The notes under the pieces: model-generated | Told to the model about the DNA's origin: nothing | Database searches by the model: none | What the model saw: the letters and a program-made list of their open reading frames with translations, nothing else | From: Chrysomallon squamiferum | Lineage: Eukaryota > Animalia > Mollusca | Reading direction: 5' to 3' | Assembly: GCA_012295275.1 (NCBI GenBank) | Contig: CM022678.1 | Span: forward strand, 14,136,001 to 14,200,000 | Length of the DNA: 64,000 bases | Part shown: positions 1 to 13,785 of the stretch, in pieces | How the letters are laid out: each line of letters starts with the position of its first letter | Numbering within the stretch: position 1 is the first letter of the stretch | Program-made: the position numbers and the translations under genes

Positions 1-220
1 GATATTTGGAGTATATCGCTGGTTCTCCACCAGAGACAGGTCAATATTGTTTTTATTGGCTAATCTTTACCAACAATGTGATATCTGAGCTGTTCTCCAG
101 CAGAGAATACTAGGGTTACACAGTAGTCTGTTGTCAGCACAATGTTAGTAACTCGCGAGACACAGTCTAACCAAATCATCGCTGTTAATATATTCTTTTC
201 AGTCTTAGACAAAAAATATA

Positions 221-572
221 TTAAAGGTACATAAATTTCTGCCAGTCTATTTGGCTGTCGTCTTCTCCTTGATTAAGCTGTGGTAGATGGAATTTTTGAG
301 TTCCACGTCTGCTCTCCACAAAAAACACCAGCAGTAGAAGACATACACCAGAAAGAGCTGTCCCACAGAAAATTTGATATGGAAACAGATAGGACCCAGT
401 CAAATCGTATAAAACACCTAAAATATAAAAATATATTTACAGTAATATAAATGTTGCCGTAAGACGATTACGTATCTAACGTCTTCTATTTTATTATTAT
501 TAAAACGAAAATTCCTTAAGAATTCATCGCAGTTATGTATTTGTTAAATATAGATTTGAATATTAACAAAAT

Positions 573-616
<44 letters not shown>

Positions 617-2194
617 GATGGATGGATAGATGGATCGGTATTAATTATGTTTTGTACATCCAGACAAAACAGATCTTACAGTCATAAACATTGACCAAAA
701 TATGAGAGACCAGTTTCACCAATAGAAGTGCAAGTAATTAGTCATATATATGTGTGTGTGATTATGTGTTGCGTGCAAGCGAGTATTTGTATATGAATCA
801 TGACAATTATTATATTTGTTATTGCTTATTTTTTGTACAGTTTATTATTATTGTTTTAACTATAATCCTTATCACCGTTTGAATCTAGGAATACACTCAC
901 CAACTGTAATGCCAGCCATGGTGTTGGCGATGCCGTTAGCCGACGTACCAATTCCTAAGGCAAAAGGATACATCTTTTCTCCCGACAGCTCGTAGACTCC
1001 TACGGGAAATATTGATATAAGAATTCCTAAACCCAATCCAAAAGTCACACAGAAAACTAACATCAAAGAAAATCCACTGATATAGACCAAGGTAAATACT
1101 GACGTTGAGCCGAAGATAACGGCGATTGAGAAGATATGTACGGTGTGAAGGCGGGGGATCATTTTAATGAAGCCAGTAAGAAAACGGGTTGACGTATTAG
1201 ACGCGTTCAAAGCCAGTAATAGATTTATTCCATTGCCTAGGGACAGGCCTTTACCTTCGCCGAAATCCACCAAGGTGAATGTCACACCATTGAGAGAACC
1301 AAATGCGATCATTGAAGCAAGGATGTATGTACAGTATAGAGGTTTTAACAACATCCGCCACGACGACTTCTTCTGTTTCACAGCATTTTCCTTTTTGCCA
1401 GACTTGTGCGCTGACGATATGACCGGTGACGTCACAAGCAGGCTGCCGACAAGGACATTGAGATAAAGGCAGCACAGAATCAACATGGCTCCTTTCCAGC
1501 TGAAGATCTCAACAAGGTGTGCGAAAAGTTTGGGTAGAACCAAGGACCCAACTCCTCCAAAAGTCATTAACGTTGTTATAGCTAGACTAGACCTCGAGTG
1601 AAAGTTTGAGGCAACTGCAGCCAAAAGAGGTACAAATCCCATACAACTTCCAAAACCTAATGAAAAAAATAATAATAATAATAATAAAAAAAAAAAATTT
1701 AAAAAAAAAAAAAAAAATTAATAATAATAAATAAATTAAATAAAGGACAAAAAATAAAATATTAATGTCTTTGTGGTCATTAACATCATTTTCTTCGCCA
1801 TCATTATTTGTCATCCTCAGTATTATTATTGTTATTATGTTTTTTATAGAAAAGAGTAAAAATAATAATAAAAAAACAAACAAAAAACAACAAGAAAAAA
1901 GTGCCCAAAATGTGTGTGTGTGTGTGAAGATCTGTGTGTCAATGTTATTTTTACAGATATGTCAAAACCAACATAGTGATGGACAGATGCAGAAACAGAC
2001 AGTTAAACAGATGAAGTATATTATTTGGCTATGCCACCTTTTGTATTTTAGATGATTATGGATAAAATATATATAAAAGTATTGTCGTTCACTAAACTGT
2101 ATTCTATATACAATGTAATCTATAGGTACAGTGGTACCTGTTTTCAGCGGTCTCTTTAGCTATTTGCCTTTGAGTCTATATTTATATTTTTTAT

Positions 2195-2271
<77 letters not shown>

Positions 2272-5229
2272 ATTCAGTTAGTAGTTAGTACTTTTAGTCC
2301 TCTGATGAGCAGTCTGTTTTTTTCACCATCCTATTTCTCTTGACTTTTAACAAGAACTGAGAAGTTATTTATTTTTTATTCAGAAACTTGGGAAATAAAG
2401 TTTTACTTTTTATGTTTTCATTTTCAGCTTTTCTTTTTTTCTATATTTAAAAAAAAATTATACTAAAGTGGTCGTTTACAAATCACAGCTAATCGTAACT
2501 GAACAATGATAGAAGGCAGCTGTCGTAGAAATTTTAATTATAATTCTAAATGCGTTATTTTTTTTTATATATATATAACTCAGTTTCTCTTGTTTTACGC
2601 TGTTTTGAAATTTTGTTTATTCATTATATATAACTTCAGTGTATGGTGCATTTATAGCTTGCTTTTTTATTTATTTTTTTATTTTTTAATTTTTTTAGAT
2701 AACAGTATGAGTTAAAGAATGCATAAAATATATCATTTTTTGAAATGATATGTATCTTCAAGAACACTGAAATAATTTTGCACACACACACACCCACACA
2801 CACACACACACACAAACACAGACAGAGACATACATACCTACACACGTATATATATATGAATTTAACAGAAACTGAATCAAAAGTTACATTAAAAAAATAG
2901 TAGACTCAATGCAAATATTTACCTGTTACAACTCCAATGCTGATGATAACGTAGTAGGGTCCCGTTGCAAACCACGAAGCGAACAGACCCAATGAAGCGA
3001 GAAGACTTCCAAAGAACAGAGTTCCACGAACTCCGATAGCCTTTGAGATAAATCCGACCAGAATTCCTGAAACACCCACAGAAATGGATATTTATTGTGG
3101 AGAGCAATAGTTCTTTTTCTTTCTTTCTTTTTTTCTTAATACATGGACGACTTTAGAACGGAAGTTACTAACTGATGTTCGATTTAAATAAATAATTCGG
3201 ACAAAAAATATCAAGTAGTGCGTAAATCATTAATACACTTTTTACAAAATTAACCTCTGTATGTTTACACAAAAGGCATCTTTGAGCAGTTCTCTGATGA
3301 AACATACCAAAAATTGCCAGTACCACAATATTATAATATCTGTCTGTCTGTCAGTCTCTATGTATGTATGTATGTATGTTTCTATGCATATATAGGTATG
3401 TAGGAATGTATATGAGTTTTTGTGTTTTTGTATGTACGTATATACGCCTCCTTCTCTCTATGTCATTCTCTCTATATAAAAACTTCTTTCTCTGTACCTC
3501 ATACGAAAGAAAATACATACATACAACGAGAAAAGTGTCGTACGCACACAACACACACACACAAACGCACGGCTGCAGAGGAGGAGTGGCATCTGATCGC
3601 CAACAGACTATAGCTCCGACTAATCATCAGAAACGTTTGAAATGCTAATACAGTGTAAACTGCATTCAGTATGTATGGCTGTCTATGGTAAATGCTAATA
3701 CAGTGTAAACTGCATTCAGTATGTATGACTGTCTATGGTAAATGCTAATACAGTGTAAACTGCATTCAGTATGTATGACTGTCTATGGTAAATGCTAATA
3801 CAGTGTAATCTACATTCAGTAATCTATATTCCGTGGTAGAAAATACAGTTCTGTATGACACAAACTGAGAGGCGTGGAGAACACAATTTACAACCACACA
3901 TCGGCCCCTTGACACTTAGAACGACATGGATCCGTGTTTTAGACGGCATCCACTGGATTTGGCTGATATTAACAACGTTCTCCAGACAGCTGTAACAGTG
4001 GCTGTGTGGAGAACACAGATAAATAATTCGTTCTGCGAAATGAAAGAGATTTATTCTCACGAAGTGTCAGCCGTCAACTTCTCTTTATTCCGTATCACGA
4101 ACTGTATGATGACCTCATGACAAAAAAACATCAATTTATATCTGTACTGTATATTTATAAAACAGTTATTGTCAGTATTTTTCTTTATACTAAAAACTTT
4201 AACTGAATCAAATAATCTCTCATTTTCATGAACTGATTATTCCTTTCTTTTCTTTTTTTTTTTTCTTTCTTTCTTTCTTTTTATTTAAAGGGAGATAAAT
4301 ACCAAATCCGTATCAGTCTGAAGGTAGGAAAATGTTTTTGATTTCACAAAGTAATGAAATGTATTTTATTATATATTATATTCTTTTATTTTATTTTATT
4401 TTATGTTCATTCCTTTTATAGACCTTTTTATTCAAAGCGTATTTAATAATTTTAAATTAATAAAAATTAAACAGAAACTGCATTATTAATGTTAAACTTT
4501 TTTATTGTTGTTATCGTTATTGTTACAGATGCTGTTATTATTTTTATTGTTGTTGAAAATAAAGTGTTGTTACCGAATTCTACGATATGCTGTTTGTAAA
4601 GCATACGAAATATTACACGAAAATAATACTAACCTCCACCATACAAAAGACCGACACATATTGCTTGAACCAACGACACCTGAGTTCTACTGGCGTTGTA
4701 GTAGCTGATGAGTTCCACGTAAAGAACTCCGAGTGAGAAGGGAAAACCCAGAACAACAAAGGCGTTGTAGCACCCAGCTATTAGAACAATCCACTGACAA
4801 ACTGACGGCTGATTCCTATATAATAATAATAACAACAACAACAACAACAATAATAATAATAATGATGATGATGATTATGATGATGATGGTAATAATAATG
4901 ATAATAATTATGATTATGATGATGATGGTAATGATAGTAATGATAATGATAATGTGGATGGTGATAATAATGATACATGATCAGCCATATTGTTTAACAT
5001 AAACAAACTTTATAAAATTATTATACATTTTGTATTAAAAATACCGACCTACAGACTTTCTATCTAACCTCTATATGAAGTGGATTTCTCATTTTATTGG
5101 AAAACCTAAAAAAAAAAATCCGAACTGCTGCTGCTACTAAAACGAATGAATGTTTAACGACACCCCAGCACGAAAGACATATCGGCCACTGGGTGTCAAA
5201 CCAAAGGTCAAATTAAGATTATTTTATAC

Positions 5230-5325
<96 letters not shown>

Positions 5326-5816
5326 TGAAGTCAATTAAAATACAGTGTAAAGAGCTGTGCAAAAATAAAAGTATCACAGTTTAATTAAATCGAAATGATT
5401 CCATCACATTTATTACATCTTTCATAATCTGCTTAAGTTAATGGCATTCAGTCAAAATGTGGCGTTCTGTCAGAGTAAGCTGAACGAGCTTTCTTCACGG
5501 TAAATAAATGAATCAAATACATATGACCGCTGCAAACTCGACACAAGACTATTTCATCCTTCCTGCACCGCCTTTAGGAAGACTGGCTTAACAAAATGAA
5601 GCTTATTCGCAACCGCACCATTCCAGTCATTTTGTCATGTGGAACCGATATACTGCTGATCTGATATTTAAAATCAGTTTAGAGTACATGGCAAATCAAA
5701 AGCAGACTTATTCTTTACCCCATATACCGACATGGATACGTATCCAACAAAAAACAATATCTTTTTTGCATAAAAGACACAATTTCGTAGTACTTTCCCA
5801 CTTTTATAGTAAAACT

Positions 5817-5858
<42 letters not shown>

Positions 5859-6528
5859 TGTTCGAATACTATTCAGAGTCCCAGTTATTTAACTTAGATC
5901 CGAGGACACCTGCAAATGTATTTTGGGAGAACCGTGATGCTTGCTATAGCAGTGCCGGGCCATGACGATTTATGTTTGAGGTGGGGACTGGTGTGATGGA
6001 TGTGAATAAATATAAATATGTTAAAAAAATAAATATCTATAATTTTTGTCCCTCTGATGAGAGAATATCAGCTGTCTAAGGATACTTTTTATGATCCGTA
6101 ATTTTGAAGAATGTATATTTCTGCATATGTTCATATAATGAAAGTAAACTGTAAGGGAATATTTAGTTACTGATAGAATGATGATAGATTTTATGAAACA
6201 ATTTTCAAAGATTTTTTGCTCACCCAACGACATGTTTTTTCTTTTGGTGATCTAAATCCACATCTATCTCTATGTGTCCAGCATCATCTTGGCCATTCGT
6301 GCACATGTCGGTTACGTCATTAATGGCATCACCTTTACCATCGAAACCTAAATTTTCTCTTCCTTTCATAACTTCTTGAGAATTTCGTATTTTACGTCTC
6401 ACTTCGTTGTTAGTCAATTTCGTGATGTGATGAGTATTCTTTTCTTCATTATCTCTCTGTTTTGAACCGATACTATTATGCAGACCATTACTGTCATTGT
6501 TGCCATTAGCAACGTTATGTACTACCAT
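221..6528 (-). CDS. Monocarboxylate transporter (SLC16/MCT family, MFS), 5 coding exons, ~527 aa
   Basis: Exons 6528-6224, 4815-4634, 3066-2923, 1656-901, 417-221. All introns are GT-AG and phase-compatible; total 1584 nt. MCT-type segments: WIVLIAGCYNAFVVLGFPFSLGVLYVEL, FSWKGAMLILCCLYLN, GVLYDLTGSY. Confidence 0.9.
3641..3820. repeat. 50-bp minisatellite, ~3.6 copies, in an MCT intron
   Basis: Unit aatgctaatacagtgtaaactgcattcagtatgtatg(g/a)ctgtctatggta starts at 3641/3642, 3692, 3742 and 3792. Confidence 0.95.
4820..4980. repeat. Compound trinucleotide microsatellite (AAT/AAC/GAT)
   Basis: Directly visible; it produces the spurious poly-I/M/H ORFs. Confidence 0.95.
5143..5202 (-). mobile_element. 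3' end of a SINE/LINE-type retroposon (stem-loop plus (ATTC)n tail)
   Basis: Minus strand reads gtttgacacccag...ctggggtgtcgttaaacattcattc: a hairpin followed by a short simple-repeat tail, typical of SINE 3' ends. Confidence 0.55.
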
Positions 6529-7362
6529 TTTTGTTTCTGAAACGATACAATAAACTATAAGGATCTGAGGTAAAACTGAAATAAGAATGTTTGAGTTAAG
6601 ATTTTATACGTCTGCATATATCCGCTTCAGCTCCATGCAAATATTAACCGAAAGAAATGTCACTTAATTTCCGAACGGATTCCGAGTAAATTAGAAACAA
6701 AACGTGATATGTCATTTATCATAGAAAAATATTTAAGTTCTCTTACACAGATCTGTGTTTATGCATATATTATAACTGTACCTCGTTATCCGGGGCGAAG
6801 TGAACTCTCGAAACCTGCATAAAACCGAAATATTATTACTCTGTGTAGTTTTGTTATGGTAACACAACCAATGTTTAAGAGTAAAGGGATGCATTATAAA
6901 GCATTATAATATTTATGAACAATACGTCATGGCTGGTTCCAAAGTATACTAGTCCAGTGAAGTAGCAAACACTTATTCTCTCTTACTGAAACAGAATAAA
7001 AAGCTTTGAACCCATTTTGTAAGCTGTGGTAATCAGTGAAAATAAATCTCAGAAAATAATATTAAAATATTATTACAGTATGTTTTATTTAAATATTTAA
7101 ATATCATTACGCTGTGTTTTATTTTTATTTTGATGTAAAATTTACAGAATAATATTAAAATAAATACAAAACATACAGAACAACATTAAAATAAATATTA
7201 AGTATACAGTAAGATTAATAATAAACGTTGTATAGAAAATATAAAAGGAACTAAAAATAGTCGCGAATAGCAAGTTCTCTCATTAGTTTAAATTATAATA
7301 TAATTATAAGCCTGGAAATTTTAACCACTTGCTTTATGCAGTGATCTTATTTATTTATTTAC

Positions 7363-7393
<31 letters not shown>

Positions 7394-7804
7394 TATTATT
7401 ATTATTATAGTTTTGAAAACTTAATAACGAAAGTACTTCCATATCTACGTTAAAATGAATTACCTCCCTCTTTTGACAGTGTCTGTTCTCTAACGTTTTT
7501 ACATTTCTGTACATTAGTGTTAGACATACTGAATAGAAATACCGTTTAAAATAATTGTTTTAATTAATTTACAAAAATAAAAACGGCTAAATATCTTTAA
7601 ACTTAAAAATAAATGGATGCAGGTTTCGTTGCAATATTAGTAGTACAAAATGTATTTATTTATTTATTTATTTATTACAAGCAAACATCTAGTTTAGTTA
7701 ATATATCAATGTTTTTACATTTCTATACAGAATAGAAATACAGTTTACATTATATCAATTGTTTTGTCTTTTCAGTTTTACGAGCAACAGATAAATGAAA
7801 CTGT

Positions 7805-7866
<62 letters not shown>

Positions 7867-8262
7867 CTTATTATTACAAGCAACAGCAAAAGCGGAAAGT
7901 GAAGCGATGATGGACTGGCGCATCAATAAGTCACATAAGGGTGCGATTATACTGAAAACAGAATAATGGACGAGATATGATAGAACTAAACAGCCCAACA
8001 CTTCAAAAGGTTCTTTAATAAACAACCCAGATAATGTAGATACTTATACGTAGTAATATATATATATATATATATATATATGCCAGTAATGACGAAATCG
8101 CCATTGACGCTGCTTGTGAGGTATTTTATTATTTTCTAACTTTAAAAACCTATTTATAATTCTTTATAGCAAATAATTATTGTTTCAGGAAAACATTAAT
8201 TAATATTAATTCATCAGTAATGAAACACACCTCATATACTGAACAAAAATAAAAGTTTCTAA

Positions 8263-8819
8263 AATCCTGCTGACAACACACAACAACAACAAGAACAACA
8301 GCATGCAACAGCGCCAGTACCCAGCAGCAATACAAGCAATTTAGTATGGATCATCCCATCAGCCATTCTGGGTGCACTAGCACTCGGAGGGTTAAGATTT
8401 TTGATGTGGAAATACTGTAACCGTGAGACGTATGAGCTAGTGTTGTATTTACTGCACACACACACACACACACACACAGATACATAAACACACACGTACA
8501 TACTACGCACACTTATTCTCACAGAAATATGCACACACGTATATATGTGAGCACAATACAGAAGCATACATGCATAAACATATGCATAAACATATATACC
8601 TATCAACAGAAACAGAAACAGACATATATTATTATACTTATCTGTAAACACACAAATACTAACAAACATTATATATACCTGACATATATGCACATATTCA
8701 TATTAAAGAAACAGTACTGCTATGAATTAAATGTAAATATCTTCTCAATGTTTATTTTCAGAATCAAGATACCCGATCCTCCTGAACCCACACCAGTAAA
8801 AGAGGGTATATCTCTATGC

Positions 8820-8853
<34 letters not shown>

Positions 8854-9397
8854 GTCTGTCTATCTATCTAAGTATCTATCTGCTGTGTTGTTTCGGCTTC
8901 AAAGAACCGAGGAAGCAGTAATGTTTATTTTCTCATTATCTTTATAATTTTAATTTGTATTCCAATAAATTGTACTAAATAAATTCTCTACCGTTTTGGC
9001 TGGGTTCCATAAACGCTGTGTTATACAACAACAACAACAACAACAACAACAATAATAACAACAACAACAACAGCACCAATAATAATAATACAGGTTTCAA
9101 ACAGCAAAATTCCAAACAGCAAAAGTTTTCCGAGCAGCAGAAATAGTAATATTTTATCATTTTCTTATGTAAAAACAATTTTTTATTAAAACAATTCTAT
9201 AACAAAAAATCCTGGAGACATCCGTAAATGGTAAATGTTGTATGTGAAAGGTAAATATTGTATATGAAATGTAAATGGAATTTGTATTTAGACTTAGGTC
9301 CCCTTCTAAGGCTATCACTATATTCTAAATATGGAAAGTTCCGAAATCCGAAACACTTCCGGTTCAAAACATTTCGAATTAAGACCTCTCATCTTTA

Positions 9398-9429
<32 letters not shown>

Positions 9430-9599
9430 CACAATAATAATAATAATAATAATAATACTAATAATCACACAGGTATTTTTCTTTTTCAGCTGAAGTTAAG
9501 TGGGTTTATAGTGGGACGTCCGTGTCTTACGAATACACGACGGCGGAGACTGCTATGAGGGTCAGCCCGTACAAATTGTGGAGACTCAGCCATATATGA
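8263..9599 (+). pseudogene. Decayed single-pass membrane protein gene (Thr-rich stalk, TM, cytoplasmic tail)
   Basis: Exon ending 8429 reads ...TAPVPSSNTSNLVWIIPSAILGALALGGLRFLMWKYCNRE(T), donor GTATGA. Phase-compatible exons 8762-8805 (IKIPDPPEPTPVKE) and 9490-9599 (AEVKWVYSGTSVSYEY...HI*). Upstream of the TM the frame is broken: TAA at 8260, and the Thr run is in another frame. Confidence 0.5.
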
Positions 9600-9700
9600 C
9601 GTTTTGAGGCTTCGCTTTGCGCTTCCTTCTTTTGCTATTGTTTGTATAATATTTTGCCGATATCATAATCATAATTAATATTAAGAACTGAAATAACAGT

Positions 9701-9787
<87 letters not shown>

Positions 9788-9866
9788 GTATATTTTACTT
9801 CTTAAAATTCCCAATTTGTCGCCACTACACTCAGAGACTTCTGCAGTAAACATAGATTCTGTAAAC

Positions 9867-10132
9867 CTTGGTCTGTTGTCGTTGATGTTGCGAATGTGCA
9901 GGGGAGTTCCGCGGTGTCGTTTTCACCTTTGGAGTTGTGCACTACAATATCAAGCTTGACGTTTTTAAATGGAAAGTTGTTCACATGGCAGTCAGGTGCA
10001 GTTATTTTACCAGTGTATTTGTCGATGGTGAAGTCGTGAGTATCACCAGCAATGCTGTATGTCCAGCTATCACCAGAGATTTTTCATATCTTCATCATAC
10101 AAAGTAAAAAGATTTTGGAAGTTTAATTCAAT
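9867..10132 (-). pseudogene. Isolated cadherin-repeat-like exon with a +1 frameshift
   Basis: Acceptor tattgcag, donor GTTTAC. Removing one base from the A5 run (10080-10084) gives IELNFQNLFTLYDEDMKISGDSWTYSIAGDTHDFTIDKYTGKIT...ATSTTTDQ, which shows the cadherin DxD / TYSI / FxIDxxTGxI pattern. Confidence 0.55.
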
Positions 10133-10244
10133 CTGCAATAATAATAATAATAATAATAATAATCCATGTTAACAACAAAAACAACAACAGTAATAATATA
10201 TGTAAGCTTGATCAAATGTCCAAATGTCAAGCGTCAAAGTACTG

Positions 10245-10585
10245 CATAGGAGTTTTCCTGTTGGGTGATCTCTAAGACGGACAAGGCGCTCATCCAGTTC
10301 CCAGTTCTTCTCTTTGGTGGGCTCCCAGGTTGACTAGAACTATTCTTGCACGTTCTGCAGCCTCGGCTTTCTTTATGTGTGTGACGAGCTCAAACAGGTT
10401 GGGATGGGCTTTTCAGATCCAGTTTTTCAACTAGTTTGGCACCCTTCATGATTGTTGTTGGTCGGAGGTACCACGTTGGCCCACTGGTTCCAGAGTAGAA
10501 GCTGAAATCTGTCCTGCATTCTGGGATGTGACACTGGTTGATGTAAATTGTGCAGGCCCACAGTCTAAGCATTCGTATCAACTAA
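10245..10585 (-). mobile_element. Mutator-like (MULE) transposase C-terminal remnant
   Basis: Frameshifted pieces DRFQLLLWNQWANVVPPTNNNHEGC, KAHPNLFELVTHIKKAEAAERARIVLVNLGA and ELDERLVRLR match the WN...(R)TNNxxEGW...HPN motif series of MULE DDE transposases. Confidence 0.7.
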
Positions 10586-10813
10586 GTACCTCACAATAAT
10601 CCAGTAATAAGTCACTGCACCAAACTAATTATATTATGTTAAAAGAAAGTAGAACAAAGAAAACAATAGCCATGAGGATTGTCATGGACGGACGTTATTA
10701 GAACAATCAAGGGATGGAGAATGTACAATCTCTCAACAAAACAAACTGTTAACAAGAGTAATTAAGATGCATGATATGTCATGTAATGTGTAATCTAAAT
10801 TTTCATTTCATTA

Positions 10814-10910
10814 CCGGCCCCGGTTCGTAGTGGTTCGAATCCCGGCACCGACTCCATCGCAGAGCTGAGGTGTGTACCCATGACAGCGTGCTTGAACCGT
10901 AATTGGATAA
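10814..10910 (+). mobile_element. Internally deleted tRNA-derived SINE fragment
   Basis: GC-rich head ccggccccggttcgtagtGGTTCGAATCCcggc contains a Pol III B-box; no complete cloverleaf. Confidence 0.55.
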
Positions 10911-11096
10911 TTTCATTTTAAGATAGAACCATTGCACTATACTGTAGAGGTGCATTTTAACGTATCACTGCCTACAGATCCAGTGTAGATAGAGTGATAC
11001 GTTAAAGTGGGATGTAGACACAATGGGGTGTACCCATGATGATGATGAAAACAACAACAACAACAATAATAGTAACAGCAAATAATAATAACAGCA

Positions 11097-11155
<59 letters not shown>

Positions 11156-12626
11156 CAGTAAAGAAGAAGAAGACGAAGTAGACGAGTTTGTTTTAAAGTT
11201 CTGTTTATCAGGAACAGAAGAAAGAAAAGACGTACGTCTACGTCTATCCAGTAGGTATCTGATGTGCAGTAGGTGTTGTGTGGTTTGATGAAAATGCTGA
11301 AATGTTGGAATCTGCTGTTTTCATAACTGTGTTTTCATAAATATGTTATTGAGCAACCTAGTTCTTTTCTTCCCCTTCCCTCAATCCCTCTCCTTTAAAC
11401 GTAAATTCAAACAAGCAATATAAATAACACGAGTTTCTGGTTTGAAGTACTCAGTAAAATGACTTGTTAATTAAATAAACAATGACACGAAATAAAACTT
11501 TTATTTGTATAACGTGATATATCAGTAGAAGACATCTTCGTGTAAACAGTACAGCTCATAATGGACATGTACTTTTATTTGATAATAAGGTATCCAACAC
11601 ACTCAAATTAAATTCTAAACACAGACAAATAAGACTATTTTTCTTTGTTTCTTTCATTTCTTTCTTTTGGGGAATGCACTTCTTGGGGAAAAGAAATTTC
11701 TAAATTACTGTCGTCTGCTTCTTGTGTGTTAAAGAGAGGTTAAGCTGACACATTCGAGTACATGTTAAACAATATTAATAGTCACTGACATGTACAAAAA
11801 TTGTTTATTTATTTATTGTTTGTTTGTTTGTTTGTGTGTTTGTTTGTTTATTTATTCATTTAAATTTCTTTTCTTTTATTTTGGTTTCTTTGTTTATTAT
11901 TTGTTGGACAGTCAAAATAGCATGTTGTCATCTTTAAATTCTTCCGTGCTTTAGTTTCGGAAGGTCGAAATATTTGGTTAATAACTTGGTTAACATATTA
12001 AAAATTCAATGCACGAATTAAGGTTTGTTTTGGTAAATACATTAAAGAATTCTTGAGAAAGCAAATATTTGTTTTAATTAATATACAACAAAGAATGATA
12101 AAATATATAAATTTATTTGCTACAGAAAATGGCTGGTTTCTTAGTATAGTAATCCAATAAAATAGCAAACACAAACAATTATTATCTTTTGCAGAACAGA
12201 AGAAAAAACTTTTAAAAGATTTTGCAAGCTGTGGCAATCAAAGAAAATGTTTTATAAAATCTTAGAAAATAATATCAAAATTTATTACAGTATGTTTTTT
12301 TTTCAATTATTTTAATATAAAATATACAGAATAATATTAAAATAAATATAAAACGTACGCAATAGTATTAAATTAAATATAAAAAATATGGAATAGTATA
12401 AAAAGTAAATTAAAAAACATACAGAATAATATTAAAATAAATATAAGATATACGGAATAATATTAAAATAAATATTAAGTATAGAGTTAGATTAATAATA
12501 AAACGTTGTATATAAAGTATAATATGAACTAAAAATAGTCGTGAAAAACAATTTTTTCGGTTTTAAGAATTAAAGATAGTTGTTTAGATGATTATATTTT
12601 TTAAACAATTATTGTTATTGTTGTTG

Positions 12627-12667
<41 letters not shown>

Positions 12668-13061
12668 TTCCTGGGGTTTTATTTTTATTTATTTATTTTT
12701 ATTTGTTTTTTATTTGTTTGTTTTTTTGTTTTTTTTGAGCGGGTAATCATGAATTTGAAACTCGATTATTTTATTTGGTTCTAAGTATTTGTGTGTTTGT
12801 ATTTCCCAGACGCGCAAGCCTTGTTAGCAACGATTTGTTGTTTTGTTTTTTGTTTTTACTGTTTTTGTTGTTTGTTTTTTTGTTTTTTTATTGTTGTTGT
12901 TTGTTTTTCTTTGCTGTTTTTTTTTTTTTTAATGAATATTTTAAAATAGCATTTTCCAAACTTCACTATCTGAATAATAACAACTTTTTATTAACTTGTA
13001 TTACTGTGATTTTAGCTATCAAAAATAAATAAATAAAGAGTGTGTTTATTTTTCAGCTGAA

Positions 13062-13785
13062 ATGACTAACACAACGTGTTGCTGCGTGTATCCGGGGGAA
13101 CCTTTCGGACACGCCGCGTTCAAATCGAACATCTGGCACACAGGGAGTCAAAAAAAAGTTTTCAAAGGTTATCTGTTTCCTAGCTTTGAACCATCAGTTT
13201 ATAAAAACGTTTGTGTCAAAACTGCTTTGAAAGGCGCCTGGACGGAACAGTTCTGTTCTGCTGAAGTAACGAAGTGTCAGGCGGTCCAAAAACTGGCGAA
13301 CGAATTCAACTTAAAAAAACTGGCATCCACCAAGATCCGAACACTAGTTCCTCAGATGGCAGTAATGGACGAGGTTGGTTCTGGTTGCACGTTAAGTGAA
13401 AATGACTGGGTTCTAATTGAAGAAAGGTTAAATGGAGATTTCTCCAAGTTAAATGACAGTGTTGCAGACTCTTTCACATATTTCACATTCCACGCGACCG
13501 GCGGACAGCTTGGGAGGAAATTACAAAAATAACATTACCCTGTCTGATCCAACAGTACACTCGTTAGACAGGCGTTTTGGTGACTTAGACAAAGGCTTCG
13601 AAGGAATTAAAGCAGTGTTTGAAAAACACACGTGTAATCATGAATGCTGTCGTTGGTTAAAACCAGACGCTGACATCATAGACAGTGAAACCAGGAAATA
13701 TTTTACTCAGTCGCTTCACGGTCAGTTTGAACGTTGTACGCCAACTGCACCATCACCCAGTAGTATTCGAATCTCACTCGAATGA
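13062..13785 (+). pseudogene. Alpha-kinase (eEF2K/MHCK-type) domain gene, frameshifted at ~13512
   Basis: ORF1 has VCVK, EVTKCQAVQKLANEFN, IEERLNGDFSKLN and DSFTYFTFHATGGQL. ORF2 has TLSDPTVHS, FGDLDKGFEGIKAVF and HTCNHECC (Zn site). The xxDLQ catalytic segment is missing at the junction. Splice acceptor at 13056. Confidence 0.8.

Noticed and set aside
1167-1475. ORFs 1167-1466 (+) and 1251-1475 (-)
   Set aside because: Antisense and alternative-frame shadows of the large MCT exon.
3824-4120. GC-richer intronic patch with two short ORFs
   Set aside because: No recognisable motifs or consistent splice sites; possibly an old TE or viral fragment, but I cannot support that.
8232-8416. Minus-strand Cys-rich hydrophobic ORF end as the TM exon of the cadherin relic
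   Set aside because: Stops occur in the phase-compatible frame; the plus strand gives a much better TM with in-phase downstream exons.
10814-10860. tRNA gene
   Set aside because: Only a B-box is present, with no D arm or anticodon arm; better explained as a SINE head.
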